The translations under genes were made by a program, and so were the position numbers. Under the pieces are notes generated by a model. That model worked only from the letters and a program-made list of their open reading frames with translations. It was not told where the DNA came from and made no database searches. This document shows, one piece after another, positions 46,418 through 55,941 of a stretch of 64,000 bases of DNA; position 1 is the first letter of the stretch; the number at the start of each line of letters is the position of its first letter. Origin of the DNA: an uncultured bacterium (lineage in GTDB: Bacteria; Patescibacteriota; JABMPQ01; CAVVCK01); NCBI GenBank assembly GCA_963746775.1, contig CAVVCK010000001.1, positions 339,050 through 403,049 on the forward strand, given 5' to 3'.

Positions 46418-46605
46418 AGTAACCTCCTATTACTATTAATTAATTTTTATCTAAAATATTTATTTTATACACTTGGTTGACTAGGAAAAGGGTTAAAATT
46501 CTTTATTTCGGCAATATCTTCTTTTGATAATATTTTATTTCTACTGTGAATTTCAATTTCTTTATTCAGCTTATTATCCACCTTTTTAACTAAAGGTACT
46601 TGTTT

Positions 46606-46824
46606 TTAATCTTGCATTTTAGCGCTTAATCCATCAATCTTTTCTTCTAAATCTTCTTTTACTCCTCCTAAATCTTGTTTTACTCCTTCTAAATCTAGTC
46701 TTACTGTTTCCAAATCTGCTTTTGTAGCTAATTCTTCTAAGTCACTTTTTGTAGCTGTTTGATCAAAACCATTTTTAACCATAATAGCTAATTTTTCTAA
46801 TTCCTCTTTTGTTTCCTTATCCAT
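46606..46824 (-). CDS. Small coiled-coil protein with repeated xDLExxK motifs
   Basis: Internal repeats (KSDLEELATKADLETVRLDLEGVKQDLGGVKEDLEEK). Confidence 0.4.
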   Translation of the reverse strand: MDKETKEELEKLAIMVKNGFDQTATKSDLEELATKADLETVRLDLEGVKQDLGGVKEDLEEKIDGLSAKMQD

Positions 46825-46889
46825 ATAATTATAAATTTTTATTTTATATTCTCCATTTTAATACCTTCTAAATTCAAGTCAAAAAAATT

Positions 46890-47897
46890 TTAATCAGCCA
46901 TTTGTTTTTTAAAATCCTCTACCATAGCTACTGGTGTCGGATCCTGACCTGCTCCAATAGCTAAATAATAAGATACCCAATCAAATAAAATAAGAGCATT
47001 AAATATTTTTTCTAAATCATTTTCTTTATTCATATCTACTATAGTCACCTTCACTCCTTTTTCTTCCAATATTTTTGCAGTAATATCAAATCTTTTTAAA
47101 ATTCTTTCATGGTCCGCATAATCTCTAAAGATAATGACATGATAATTGCCATTTAACCTCGTATAACCCACCATTTCATTATGATTCATTTCTGGAAAAG
47201 CATTATAAAAAGCTTCAGTTTTAGAATTCTCATTTATTTTTATCTTACAAATCTGAGCTACAGACTTTCTATATTTTTCAGAAGCATAAATAATAGGTGT
47301 AAATCCATGCAAATCTTGAGCAATTTCCTTGCCACGTTCTTCCAGTTCTTCTGGCTTTAGAGATTCTGCTAATTCTTTTATTTCTTCATTAATATTATCA
47401 ATTACACCACAATTAGATAAAACTTTTATCATAGAAGTAAAAGAATAACCTAGGGCGCAACGAGGCTGAAAATCTGGTCCATCATTAGGATATTCTACAA
47501 AAGGCATGTTATAATTTTGACAAGCATTAGCTAATTTGCTGCCACCCCTAGCAAAGCCTACAGTTCTATAATTTTTACCCGTTAATTCTTTAAAACAAGA
47601 CAGTGGTTCTTCAGTGTTTCCTGAGTAAGATGAGGTAAATATTAAAGTTTTTTCATTTACCCCAACTGGCAGAGTATAATTACGATTAACTATCGCTGGA
47701 AAATCTATATTTTTATAATCTAAATAAGCTTTGACTAAATCACCTGGCAAAGCAGAGCCACCCATCCCGCAAACTACTAATTTATTAAATTCTCCTTCTA
47801 ATTTTTTATCTTTGGCAAAATCTAGTGCTTTTAAAAATTGATTAGGAAAATCTAAAATAACCTGTCTAAAATTTGATTTGTCGATTGGATTATTCAT
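46890..47897 (-). CDS. Bifunctional phosphoglucose/phosphomannose isomerase (archaeal-type SIS-domain PGI/PMI)
   Basis: SIS-domain N-terminus and length typical of the PGI_PMI family. Confidence 0.7.
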   Translation of the reverse strand: MNNPIDKSNFRQVILDFPNQFLKALDFAKDKKLEGEFNKLVVCGMGGSALPGDLVKAYLDYKNIDFPAIVNRNYTLPVGVNEKTLIFTSSYSGNTEEPLSCFKELTGKNYRTVGFARGGSKLANACQNYNMPFVEYPNDGPDFQPRCALGYSFTSMIKVLSNCGVIDNINEEIKELAESLKPEELEERGKEIAQDLHGFTPIIYASEKYRKSVAQICKIKINENSKTEAFYNAFPEMNHNEMVGYTRLNGNYHVIIFRDYADHERILKRFDITAKILEEKGVKVTIVDMNKENDLEKIFNALILFDWVSYYLAIGAGQDPTPVAMVEDFKKQMAD

Positions 47898-47994
47898 AAT
47901 TAATAGCTATATTTTAAAAAAATTTGAATTAGTGATTGAGTAGAATTTATTAGAACTTTAACCCTACTCTATATAAAGAAGTGCGAAAAAAGAA

Positions 47995-48228
47995 CTATCG
48001 CTTGTCATTCAATTCTACAGAAATTAAGAAATTTCCTTTTGACATTTGTTCATCCGGAGAAATAATAATCTTTTCTTCAAATCCTATACAAGTAATTTCA
48101 ACTCCATCTCTTCCCTCTAATAAGCAAACGAAAACTCCTCGCCCCACTGGTACATTAATACCGGTTTTCAAAGAAATATTCCGCTGCCTACCGGATCTTT
48201 TATCTTTGATTGTTAGCTCAGCTTCCAT
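47995..48228 (-). CDS. Hypothetical 77-aa protein (chosen over the overlapping plus-strand ORF 47981-48286)
   Basis: The minus-strand ORF has a balanced composition. The plus-strand overlap is S/L/F-rich AT-frame noise. Confidence 0.4.
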   Translation of the reverse strand: MEAELTIKDKRSGRQRNISLKTGINVPVGRGVFVCLLEGRDGVEITCIGFEEKIIISPDEQMSKGNFLISVELNDKR

Positions 48229-48310
48229 CTTCCTCTCCTCCTCTCAAGGAAACTCATTATTTAATAAAATAGTCTTTATTAAATAATTAATTTCCTTATA
48301 TTTCAAAAAA

Positions 48311-48392
48311 TGCCCAGGGTGGGACTCGAACCCACAAGAGTTGCCTCACTAGCTCCTAAGGCTAGCGTGTTTGCCAATTTCACCACCTGGGC
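48311..48392 (-). tRNA. tRNA-Leu (anticodon UAG), long variable arm, no encoded CCA
   Basis: Acceptor GCCCAGG/CCTGGGC, anticodon stem CTAGC/GCTAG with loop CTTAGGA, T-arm GTGGG-TTCGAGT-CCCAC. Confidence 0.85.
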
Positions 48393-48430
48393 TCAATATA
48401 ATACTAATCTGCCTCTAACGTCAGACATGT

Positions 48431-48499
48431 ATACGAATTATACCAATTATACTAATTATCTATTCGTATCATTAGTACCCATTCGTATATTGGCATTAT
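48431..48499 (-). promoter_or_regulatory. Conserved ~70-bp ATTCGTAT direct-repeat element upstream of tRNA-Leu (copy 1)
   Basis: ATTCGTATCATTAGTACCCATTCGTATATTGGCATTAT is preceded by TATACCAATTATACTAATT. Almost identical to 55811-55883. Confidence 0.6.
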
Positions 48500-48531
48500 A
48501 ATTATACTATCAAAATATTCACATTTGGCAA

Positions 48532-49302
48532 TTACTTTTTATCTTTTTTCTTTCTATTTAAAGGACTTCTAAATAAATTTAAAATCAATAAAACAATACT
48601 TCCAATAAAAAAATATTTAGTATACTTATAAATCTCTCTATAAATATCTTCTTTCTTTTTAATTATTTCAAAATCAGTCAAATATACCACTTCGCAGGCA
48701 TTATTACCTGTATCTAACCTAGTAGTGCTTGTACTGCGCTTAAATTGTCCGTCATTAGCAGAATATTCCACTAAATATCCTTTGAAATGAATTTGATCCC
48801 CTATCTCTACCGACATAATTTTTTTAGCAATTTCTTCATTATCAGCTAGCAAATGATTATTAGACAAATGACTAAAAGAAAATTTAGATTGTACTTCCTG
48901 TCCTGCTCCATTTTTACTTTCCATATAGCAAGTCCAGCTACCGCTTTTAAATTTCATTTGCTTATAAACTTCTGTATCAATATTACTCCCCCAAATAACA
49001 CAAACATCTTTCAAATTAATAAAATCATTCCATGCTTTATGATAATAGTCCCACCATTTATTGGCATTATGATAAGTTACCACTAAGCCATAAAGCTCAT
49101 AACTAGTTATTGGTTTTATATTATAAGTAACATCGCCTACCCTTTTTTCAAAAGACTCTTTGTCAGTATGCTCTTGTATCGGCTCCTGGAATAGCCTCTC
49201 ATCAATTTCTCCTTTCTCTGGTAATTGATCTTTTAGAAAATATGAAGTAATTAAAATAATAATGCTGAGCAGTAGAATAATTTGTAATATTCTTTTAAAC
49301 AT
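48532..49302 (-). CDS. Hypothetical membrane-anchored/secreted protein
   Basis: ORF with an N-terminal TM and a C-terminal TM plus basic tail. Confidence 0.5.
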   Translation of the reverse strand: MFKRILQIILLLSIIILITSYFLKDQLPEKGEIDERLFQEPIQEHTDKESFEKRVGDVTYNIKPITSYELYGLVVTYHNANKWWDYYHKAWNDFINLKDVCVIWGSNIDTEVYKQMKFKSGSWTCYMESKNGAGQEVQSKFSFSHLSNNHLLADNEEIAKKIMSVEIGDQIHFKGYLVEYSANDGQFKRSTSTTRLDTGNNACEVVYLTDFEIIKKKEDIYREIYKYTKYFFIGSIVLLILNLFRSPLNRKKKDKK

Positions 49303-49357
49303 GGTTTTATGGTAGGATTATAACATAAATTTTATAATTTTATTGATATTTTATATG

Positions 49358-49387
49358 TAGGTTGGGTTGAGTACTCGAAACCCAACA
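49358..49387. repeat. REP-like palindrome family 2 (GTAGGTTGGGTTGAGTACTCGAAACCCAAC)
   Basis: 8-bp stem GTTGGGTT/AACCCAAC. Copies are at 51890 and 59626. Confidence 0.75.
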
Positions 49388-49463
49388 TTAAATTAAAATA
49401 GACATTTTTCACCCCCAAATTACGTATAAATAATATATTTAAAATATTTTTAACTTAAACTCT

Positions 49464-50783
49464 TTGAAAACCATTACCGAAAAACTAAAAAAAAATCAAG
49501 GATGGATCCTTGTTATTCTACTCTCTATCATCCCCTTCCTGCTTTGGCTCACTACTTCTAAGCTTGATCCTCCCCTAGAAAATATTAAAACCCTTAGCGC
49601 TAGTTTAGGTGAAATATTAGGACTAACAGGTATTGTTTTGTTGTCACTAAATTTTATACTTGCTTCCCGCCTGCCTTTCATCGAAAAATTATTTTACGGA
49701 CTCAATAATGTTTACAAACAACATAACACAATAGGCCAACTGGCTTTTATTTTTTTACTTTTTCATCCTCTGCTGCTTATCGCCCGCTACGCAACTAATT
49801 CTACTGAGGCAGCTAAATTTTTATTGCCAAGCCAAATTTGGTCACGCGATTATGGCAATATTGCTCTTGGTGTAATGATTATATTAATTATTCTAACTCT
49901 TTACCTACAACCAAAATACAATATCTGGAAAATAACTCATAAATTTTTTGGTCTAGCTATTTTATTCGGTTCTCTCCATGCCTATTCAATTCCCGGATAT
50001 GTTATGAAAAATTTCTTTCTTAAAGGTTACATTATAATTATTACCCTGTTAGGAATTACCGCTTTCCTATATAAAGTTATTTTTGAAAAATTTTTATTAA
50101 AAAAATATAAATACCAAGTAGAAGAAATAAAAAAACTTAATGACTTCATCATTGAAATTACTCTCAAGCCTCTAGATAAAAAAATTAATTTTAGGCCCGG
50201 TCAATTTGTTTTTATTTCTTTTAATCAGAGAGGATTATCCAAAGAAAGTCATCCCTTTTCTATCACTTCTGCACCTTGGGAAAACAATTTGAAATTAGCT
50301 ACCAAAAAGCTTGGCGATTATACTAGCAATCTGCCTTATGATTTAGAGAAAGGCGCTCTCGCTCAAATAGAAGGACCTTTTGGAGTTTTTTCCTATACTA
50401 ATATCAATAATCAAAATCAAATTTGGATTGCCGGAGGTATTGGCATTACTCCTTTTATTAGCATGGCCAAGGATTTGCTAAATCAAAATTATCCTTATCA
50501 TATTCAATTATTTTATTGTACAAAGGATGAAAAAGAAGCTATCTATTTAGATTTTTTAAAGGAAATTCAGGCTAAATTTAGTAATAATTTTCAAGTTATT
50601 CCTTTTTTATCAAATACTAATGGCCATATTAATTTTGAAAAAATTAATAATTTAGTTACCAATCTACGTAGTAAAGATATATTAATTTGCGCCCCGCCAG
50701 TTATGATAAATGCCCTAAAAAATGATTTTATAAATCATGGATTAAATAAGGATAAGATGCATTCAGAAGAGTTTAATTTCTAA
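49464..50783 (+). CDS. Ferric-reductase-like transmembrane oxidoreductase (FRE/NOX family) with FAD/NAD(P)-binding domain
   Basis: Multi-TM heme domain with conserved His, HPFSI FAD motif, and GGIGITP NAD-binding motif. Confidence 0.75.
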   Translation: MKTITEKLKKNQGWILVILLSIIPFLLWLTTSKLDPPLENIKTLSASLGEILGLTGIVLLSLNFILASRLPFIEKLFYGLNNVYKQHNTIGQLAFIFLLFHPLLLIARYATNSTEAAKFLLPSQIWSRDYGNIALGVMIILIILTLYLQPKYNIWKITHKFFGLAILFGSLHAYSIPGYVMKNFFLKGYIIIITLLGITAFLYKVIFEKFLLKKYKYQVEEIKKLNDFIIEITLKPLDKKINFRPGQFVFISFNQRGLSKESHPFSITSAPWENNLKLATKKLGDYTSNLPYDLEKGALAQIEGPFGVFSYTNINNQNQIWIAGGIGITPFISMAKDLLNQNYPYHIQLFYCTKDEKEAIYLDFLKEIQAKFSNNFQVIPFLSNTNGHINFEKINNLVTNLRSKDILICAPPVMINALKNDFINHGLNKDKMHSEEFNF

Positions 50784-50789
50784 AAAACT

Positions 50790-51209
50790 ATGAAAAAAGT
50801 AACACTAATACTATTAATGATTTTCTTCGCCGTAAGCGGTTTAATATTTATTTTGGGATCTCTGAACCGTCAAAATAATTCTAATACTGCTCTTAACCAA
50901 AACACGATTATTAATACTAATAGCTCATCTCAAACTAACACTTCTCCTACCACAAATACCCCCACCACAAATTCAACACCAACTTTTACGCTAGCTGATA
51001 TTTCAAGCCATAACATTAGAAGTAATTGTTACCTGGCTATCAATAACAATGTCTATGATGTTTCTTCTTACATTAGCTTTCATCCTGGCGGATCAAGTTC
51101 TATTACTTCAAATTGTGGAAAAGAAGTAACCGGAATATTCAGCAGAATTCATTCTAATAGAGCTTGGGATTTGCTGGCTAAATATAAAATAGGAGTTCTT
51201 AGTAATTAA
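50790..51209 (+). CDS. Secreted/anchored cytochrome b5-like heme-binding domain protein
   Basis: HPGG motif in a cyt-b5 fold, adjacent to the FRE gene. Confidence 0.75.
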   Translation: MKKVTLILLMIFFAVSGLIFILGSLNRQNNSNTALNQNTIINTNSSSQTNTSPTTNTPTTNSTPTFTLADISSHNIRSNCYLAINNNVYDVSSYISFHPGGSSSITSNCGKEVTGIFSRIHSNRAWDLLAKYKIGVLSN

Positions 51210-51321
51210 TGCCAGGAATTTTCCTTGATAAATAAAATAAATCTATAAAAAGGTTTATTTTTTTTAATTTAATTGCAATATTCCCTATTTAACTTAAAAT
51301 AATAAATAACATCATAAAAAT

Positions 51322-51846
51322 ATGAGAATGTTAAAATTTCCTTTATTTCGTCAAACAAAAAGCTACGACTGTGGTGCTATTACCACTCAAATGGTTTTGG
51401 CTTATTTTGGTATAAATATCAGGGGTGATATTATTATTAAAGAAGTTAAAACCAATAAATCGGGTACTAAAATTGAAAATATTATAAAAGTATTAAAAAA
51501 GTATAAATTAAAATATAAAGCAGGCCAATCAGACATCAAAAATCTAAAAAAATTTCTTAAAGAAAATAAGCCAATTATTATTCCCCTGCAAGCCTGGACA
51601 AACAAAAAGGAAATTAATTGGCAGAATGATTGGTCAGACGGACACTATGTTGTCGCTATAGGCTATGATAAAAATAAAATTTACTTTGCTGATCCTTCTT
51701 CTATTTATAAAACCTATTTAACTTATACTGATCTAGAAAAAAGATGGCATGATATAAGCGTAGATGGTAAAAAATATATTCATTTTGGAATTGCTGTTTC
51801 AGGCAAAAGAAAATATACTCGTCATAAAATAATACATATTGATTAA
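51322..51846 (+). CDS. Papain-like (C39-like) cysteine peptidase domain protein
   Basis: N-terminal QTKSYDCGAITTQM catalytic Cys context and a downstream His (GHYVVAIGYD). Confidence 0.5.
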   Translation: MRMLKFPLFRQTKSYDCGAITTQMVLAYFGINIRGDIIIKEVKTNKSGTKIENIIKVLKKYKLKYKAGQSDIKNLKKFLKENKPIIIPLQAWTNKKEINWQNDWSDGHYVVAIGYDKNKIYFADPSSIYKTYLTYTDLEKRWHDISVDGKKYIHFGIAVSGKRKYTRHKIIHID

Positions 51847-51889
51847 TATGCATAGTTTAATTTTAATATTTGTTGGTGAAGTAAATAAA

Positions 51890-51919
51890 GTAGGTTGGGT
51901 TGAGTATTCGAAACCCAAC
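51890..51919. repeat. REP-like palindrome family 2 copy
   Basis: GTAGGTTGGGTTGAGTATTCGAAACCCAAC. Confidence 0.75.
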
Positions 51920-51947
51920 CATTAAAATATATTAATAAAAAATAATT

Positions 51948-52310
51948 ATGCCAGAAACACCACCAGAAAATAGACCAAATGAACAAATTGAAAAATCAAA
52001 AGAAATAAATCTTGCAGAATTAAGTTTTGAGGAATTAGAGAAATTACTTAAAGAAACTAAAGAATTAGCTAGAAAAACATTTAAACAAGTAGAAAATGGA
52101 TTTGTTAACGCTAAAGGAGAGGGTATTTATATTGGTAAAGTATATGATCAATATAAAATAAGTGAAGCCTCTAAATCAATACCTGAATTTCATCGTTTTC
52201 TAGAAAATAATACTAATCCAATCTTAACCAGAGGTTCTTCTAATAAAGAAGAAATGATGCAAGCATTAAAAGAAATGATTGAGGAGTTAGAATTTAGAAT
52301 AATTAAATAA
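51948..52310 (+). CDS. Hypothetical 120-aa protein
   Basis: ORF only. Confidence 0.45.
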   Translation: MPETPPENRPNEQIEKSKEINLAELSFEELEKLLKETKELARKTFKQVENGFVNAKGEGIYIGKVYDQYKISEASKSIPEFHRFLENNTNPILTRGSSNKEEMMQALKEMIEELEFRIIK

Positions 52311-52320
52311 ATATTCTTTA

Positions 52321-53040
52321 ATGAACATTACCCCCATCAAAACCCGCAAAATAAATCCTCCTCAAGATGATTTATATAAAATATTAGACAAATATTGCCC
52401 TAAATTAGAAGAGGGCGATATTCTTTTAATTACTTCGAAAATTTTAGCTATACATCAAGGTCAATGCTTTCCTATGAAAGAGGTAAAAGATAAAGATAAG
52501 TTAATTAAATCTGAAGCAGACATTTCTATTCCCCGTAAAGAATGCCCAGGAGAATATGCTATGTTAACTATTAAAAATAACACCCTTATCCCCTCGGCCG
52601 GCATTGATGAAAGCAATGCTAATGGCTATTATATTCTATGGCCCAAAAGTCCCGAAAAAGAAGCTAAATTAATTTGCCAATATTTAAAAAAGAAATTTAA
52701 AATTAAAAAATTAGCAGTTATAATTACTGACAGTCATACTACTCCACTGCGTTCAGGAACACAGGGTATTTCCATCGGTTTTTATGGCCTGAAACCATTG
52801 CGAGACTACAGAGGCAAATTAGATTTATTCGGTAGAAAATTAGAAGTATCTCAAATAAATATTGTCGACTCGCTAGCTTCTATAGGAACTCTAGCTATGG
52901 GTGAAGGGAAAGAATGTACACCCCTAGCTCTAGTTAGAGAAGCTAGAGTTCAATTTACCAATAAAGAAACTTTTAAAGATCTATTTATTCCTTTTAAAGA
53001 AGATATTTATTACCCTTTATTAAAATATTTTAAACAATAA
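52321..53040 (+). CDS. CofE-like F420-0:gamma-glutamyl ligase family protein
   Basis: Motifs SAGIDESNANG, VIITDSHTTPLRSG and GEGKECTPLALVR. Confidence 0.65.
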   Translation: MNITPIKTRKINPPQDDLYKILDKYCPKLEEGDILLITSKILAIHQGQCFPMKEVKDKDKLIKSEADISIPRKECPGEYAMLTIKNNTLIPSAGIDESNANGYYILWPKSPEKEAKLICQYLKKKFKIKKLAVIITDSHTTPLRSGTQGISIGFYGLKPLRDYRGKLDLFGRKLEVSQINIVDSLASIGTLAMGEGKECTPLALVREARVQFTNKETFKDLFIPFKEDIYYPLLKYFKQ

Positions 53041-53125
53041 TTCTTTTATATAAATGACAGGTATGCTTGTCATCTATAAAAATATTTAAGAAGATTTGGA
53101 TTAAATTTAAAAAATAGTCAAAACT

Positions 53126-54568
53126 ATGCCTATAAAAAAAACCTCCACCATCCATGACCTTATCCATAATCAAGACATGCATTATTTTGAATCTAAAAGA
53201 AAAAATCGCAGCCGCTATACTGTGCTTGGCAATCCTAAAAAAATTAGAAGAATTTTGATCCATAAAGCAAGATTCGTTATCACTGTTAATAAAGATGATC
53301 GTTTGAAAATTTTGCCAGATTACTCTATTTATATCATCAACGGCCGCATTAAAGAAGTTTTTCCTGGAGATAAGAGTAAAATTTCCATTAATGACATAGA
53401 TTTAATTTATGATGCTTCTAAGAGAGGCGGTATAGTTATTACTCCTGGCTTTATTAATGCCCATACCCATCCGCCTATGTATATGCTCCGCTCTTCTATG
53501 ACTCTTGATAAAGGATCTATAGAGAAGCAAGTAGAAAAAATGGCTAGATTGGAAAATAAGATGAATGACGATGATTTTTTTCTTGGTGCAGTTGGTGATC
53601 TAACCGAAGAACAAAAAAACGGCATTACCACTACCCTAAGCCATTACGGAACATTTGAACCCGTTGAAAAAGCAGCCAAACTTATTAAACAAAACGTAAT
53701 TAATGCTATTTCAGCTGTATCAAATTCTCATCCTCAAAATTCACCAGAAATGGTAGAAAAAATATTAAATAATAAAAAGAAATATTATACAACCCCGGCT
53801 ATCGCTATCCACTATTTGCATAAAGCTGATAGAAATCAAATAGAAAAAATAAAGAAATTAATTAAAAAACACAATGTGCTTTTCACTATGCATGCAGCTG
53901 AGAGTGAAAAATGGGCGCAAGAGTGCGTTAAAAAGTTTGGCAAAAGAACAGTCGAGGCAGCCGTTGACTTAGGCATTGCTAACTCTAATTTATTATTATC
54001 ACATTGCGTTCACTTCAGTGAAGAAGAAATAAAATTAGTTAGAAAACATAAAATTGGCATAGTACATCTCCCTACCTCCAATAGAATTCATAATACCGGG
54101 GATTTTAAATATCCTGAATTTGCTGCTATCGGTGCTAATAAACAAATTTGCCTGGGAACTGATAGTGTTATCTCTAAAAATAGTCTAGATCTATTAACCG
54201 AAGCTCTACAAACTAGAATTGTCCACATAAATAAAATGAGAGTTCTGTACGAAGACCTATTTAAAATGATGACTTCCCAGGCAGCTCATATTTTAAAGTT
54301 GGGTCGGGTGGGTAAAATTATGGCTAATCATCGAGCAGATTTGTCTTTCTGGAAATTAAAAGATAGAGGTTTTCTCCCTTATAATGAGAAAGAACCCTTG
54401 AGTTTGGTTGGCAATATGATAACCCATGGCGGACGCAATATTAGAGACCTAATGATTAACGGCGAGTTCGTTATTTCTAATAGAATGCATAATTTAATTA
54501 ATGAAAGTGAACTTTTAATTAAACTTCAGGAATCTCATATGAAATTAAGGAAAAGAGCTAGAATATAG
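53126..54568 (+). CDS. Amidohydrolase-superfamily metal-dependent deaminase/hydrolase
   Basis: N-terminal metal ligands INAHTHPPM (HxH), central His and C-terminal Asp. Confidence 0.75.
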   Translation: MPIKKTSTIHDLIHNQDMHYFESKRKNRSRYTVLGNPKKIRRILIHKARFVITVNKDDRLKILPDYSIYIINGRIKEVFPGDKSKISINDIDLIYDASKRGGIVITPGFINAHTHPPMYMLRSSMTLDKGSIEKQVEKMARLENKMNDDDFFLGAVGDLTEEQKNGITTTLSHYGTFEPVEKAAKLIKQNVINAISAVSNSHPQNSPEMVEKILNNKKKYYTTPAIAIHYLHKADRNQIEKIKKLIKKHNVLFTMHAAESEKWAQECVKKFGKRTVEAAVDLGIANSNLLLSHCVHFSEEEIKLVRKHKIGIVHLPTSNRIHNTGDFKYPEFAAIGANKQICLGTDSVISKNSLDLLTEALQTRIVHINKMRVLYEDLFKMMTSQAAHILKLGRVGKIMANHRADLSFWKLKDRGFLPYNEKEPLSLVGNMITHGGRNIRDLMINGEFVISNRMHNLINESELLIKLQESHMKLRKRARI

Positions 54569-54620
54569 AAAATAGAGATTAGAAATTAGTTATCAAATTT
54601 CCATACACCAATTATAAAAA

Positions 54621-54652
54621 GGAATCCGAAACCCTATAGGGTTTCGGATTCC
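54621..54652. terminator. Palindrome family 4 (perfect 32-bp GGAATCCGAAACCCTATAGGGTTTCGGATTCC) between convergent genes; probable bidirectional terminator
   Basis: Perfect 15-bp stem. Second copy at 10648-10679. Confidence 0.6.
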
Positions 54653-54693
54653 TGCATCAAATTTCTTTAGTTTTCAACAATTTAACAATTTAT

Positions 54694-55764
54694 TCAATAA
54701 TTCGGCGCCTTCTCTACCCTCCCTAAATCATGCGGATGACTCTCTTTCAATCCCGCATTAGTAATTTTTACAAACACCGCTTTCCTCCATAAATCTTTAA
54801 TATCTCTAGCCCCACAATAACCTAAGCCCTGTTTTAATCCACCTACTAATTGTTTTATAATTTCTATTACACTGCCTTTATATTCATTATAGCCTACTAC
54901 CCCTTCAGCAGTCATATCTCTTTTATTCTTCTTATCACTTTGCATGTATCTATCACTGGACCCTTTTTGCATAGCCTCTATTGATCCCATACCTCTATAT
55001 ATTTTATATTTTTTTCCTTTGTAAAGTAAAATTTTACCTGGTGCCTCATCTGTTCCAGATAAAAGTCCACCAAGCATTACGCAACTTGCCCCAGCCGCCA
55101 AAGCTTTTACTATATCACCAGAATATTTAATCCCTCCATCAGCAATGATAGGAGTTTTTGTTTTTTGGGCTACTTTAACTGCTTCCATGACTGCAGTTAA
55201 TTGAGGTACGCCAATACCAGCAATAATTCTGGTCGTACAAATGGAGCCAGGCCCTACTCCTACTTTAACAATGTCTGCGCCAGCTTTAACTAAATCATTA
55301 GTTGCCTTGCCTGTAGCTACATTTCCTCCAACTATTAAGACTTTTGATCCATATTTTTTCTTCAGTTTTTTTATAATTTCCTGTACTTTATAATAATGGC
55401 CATGAGCTACGTCTATAATTAATAAATCCACACCTGCCTCAACTAATAAATCTGCTCTCTCTAATGAATCTTTGCCTACCGATATAGCTGCTCCACATTT
55501 TAAATTTTCTGATTTTACTTTTTTTACTTCTTCCGCTTGCTTTTCCGGTGGTAAATTTTTATGTATTACGCCTAGTGCTCCCATTTTTCCCAATTCGATG
55601 GCCATTTTACTTTCAGTTACAGTGTCCATAGCAGCTGACAAGATTGGCACTTCTAATTCTAAATTTTTACCTAATCTTGTTTTTGTACTTACCTTGCTGG
55701 GTGAATATTTTGATGCTTGAGGTACTAATAATACATCGTCGAAGGTTAGAGCTTCTTTTATCAT
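54694..55764 (-). CDS. guaB: IMP dehydrogenase (CBS-less short form) / GMP-reductase-like
   Basis: IMPDH catalytic loop [11 protein letters not shown], phosphate-binding [17 protein letters not shown], adjacent to guaA. Confidence 0.8.
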   Translation of the reverse strand: MIKEALTFDDVLLVPQASKYSPSKVSTKTRLGKNLELEVPILSAAMDTVTESKMAIELGKMGALGVIHKNLPPEKQAEEVKKVKSENLKCGAAISVGKDSLERADLLVEAGVDLLIIDVAHGHYYKVQEIIKKLKKKYGSKVLIVGGNVATGKATNDLVKAGADIVKVGVGPGSICTTRIIAGIGVPQLTAVMEAVKVAQKTKTPIIADGGIKYSGDIVKALAAGASCVMLGGLLSGTDEAPGKILLYKGKKYKIYRGMGSIEAMQKGSSDRYMQSDKKNKRDMTAEGVVGYNEYKGSVIEIIKQLVGGLKQGLGYCGARDIKDLWRKAVFVKITNAGLKESHPHDLGRVEKAPNY

Positions 55765-55810
55765 ATTGTTTTATTTAAATATTTTTACTGTTTGTATAAT
55801 GCTAATATAC

Positions 55811-55883
55811 TAATCTATACCAATAATACTAATTGACAGTAGGACAATTCGTATCATTGTAAACATTCGTATATTGGCATTAT
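55811..55883 (-). promoter_or_regulatory. Conserved ~70-bp ATTCGTAT direct-repeat element upstream of guaB (copy 2)
   Basis: ATTCGTATCATTGTAAACATTCGTATATTGGCATTAT plus CTATACCAATAATACTAATT. Confidence 0.6.
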
Positions 55884-55941
55884 TGATCTTTATTTTACCT
55901 AAAAACTCAGCTATAATCAATATACTATTTTTTAAAAATTT

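Noticed and set aside
47981-48286. Plus-strand 101-aa ORF overlapping the minus-strand ORF 47995-48228
   Set aside because: Serine/Leu/Phe-rich AT-frame product. The minus-strand ORF has a more protein-like composition and is co-directional with the downstream pgi-like gene.
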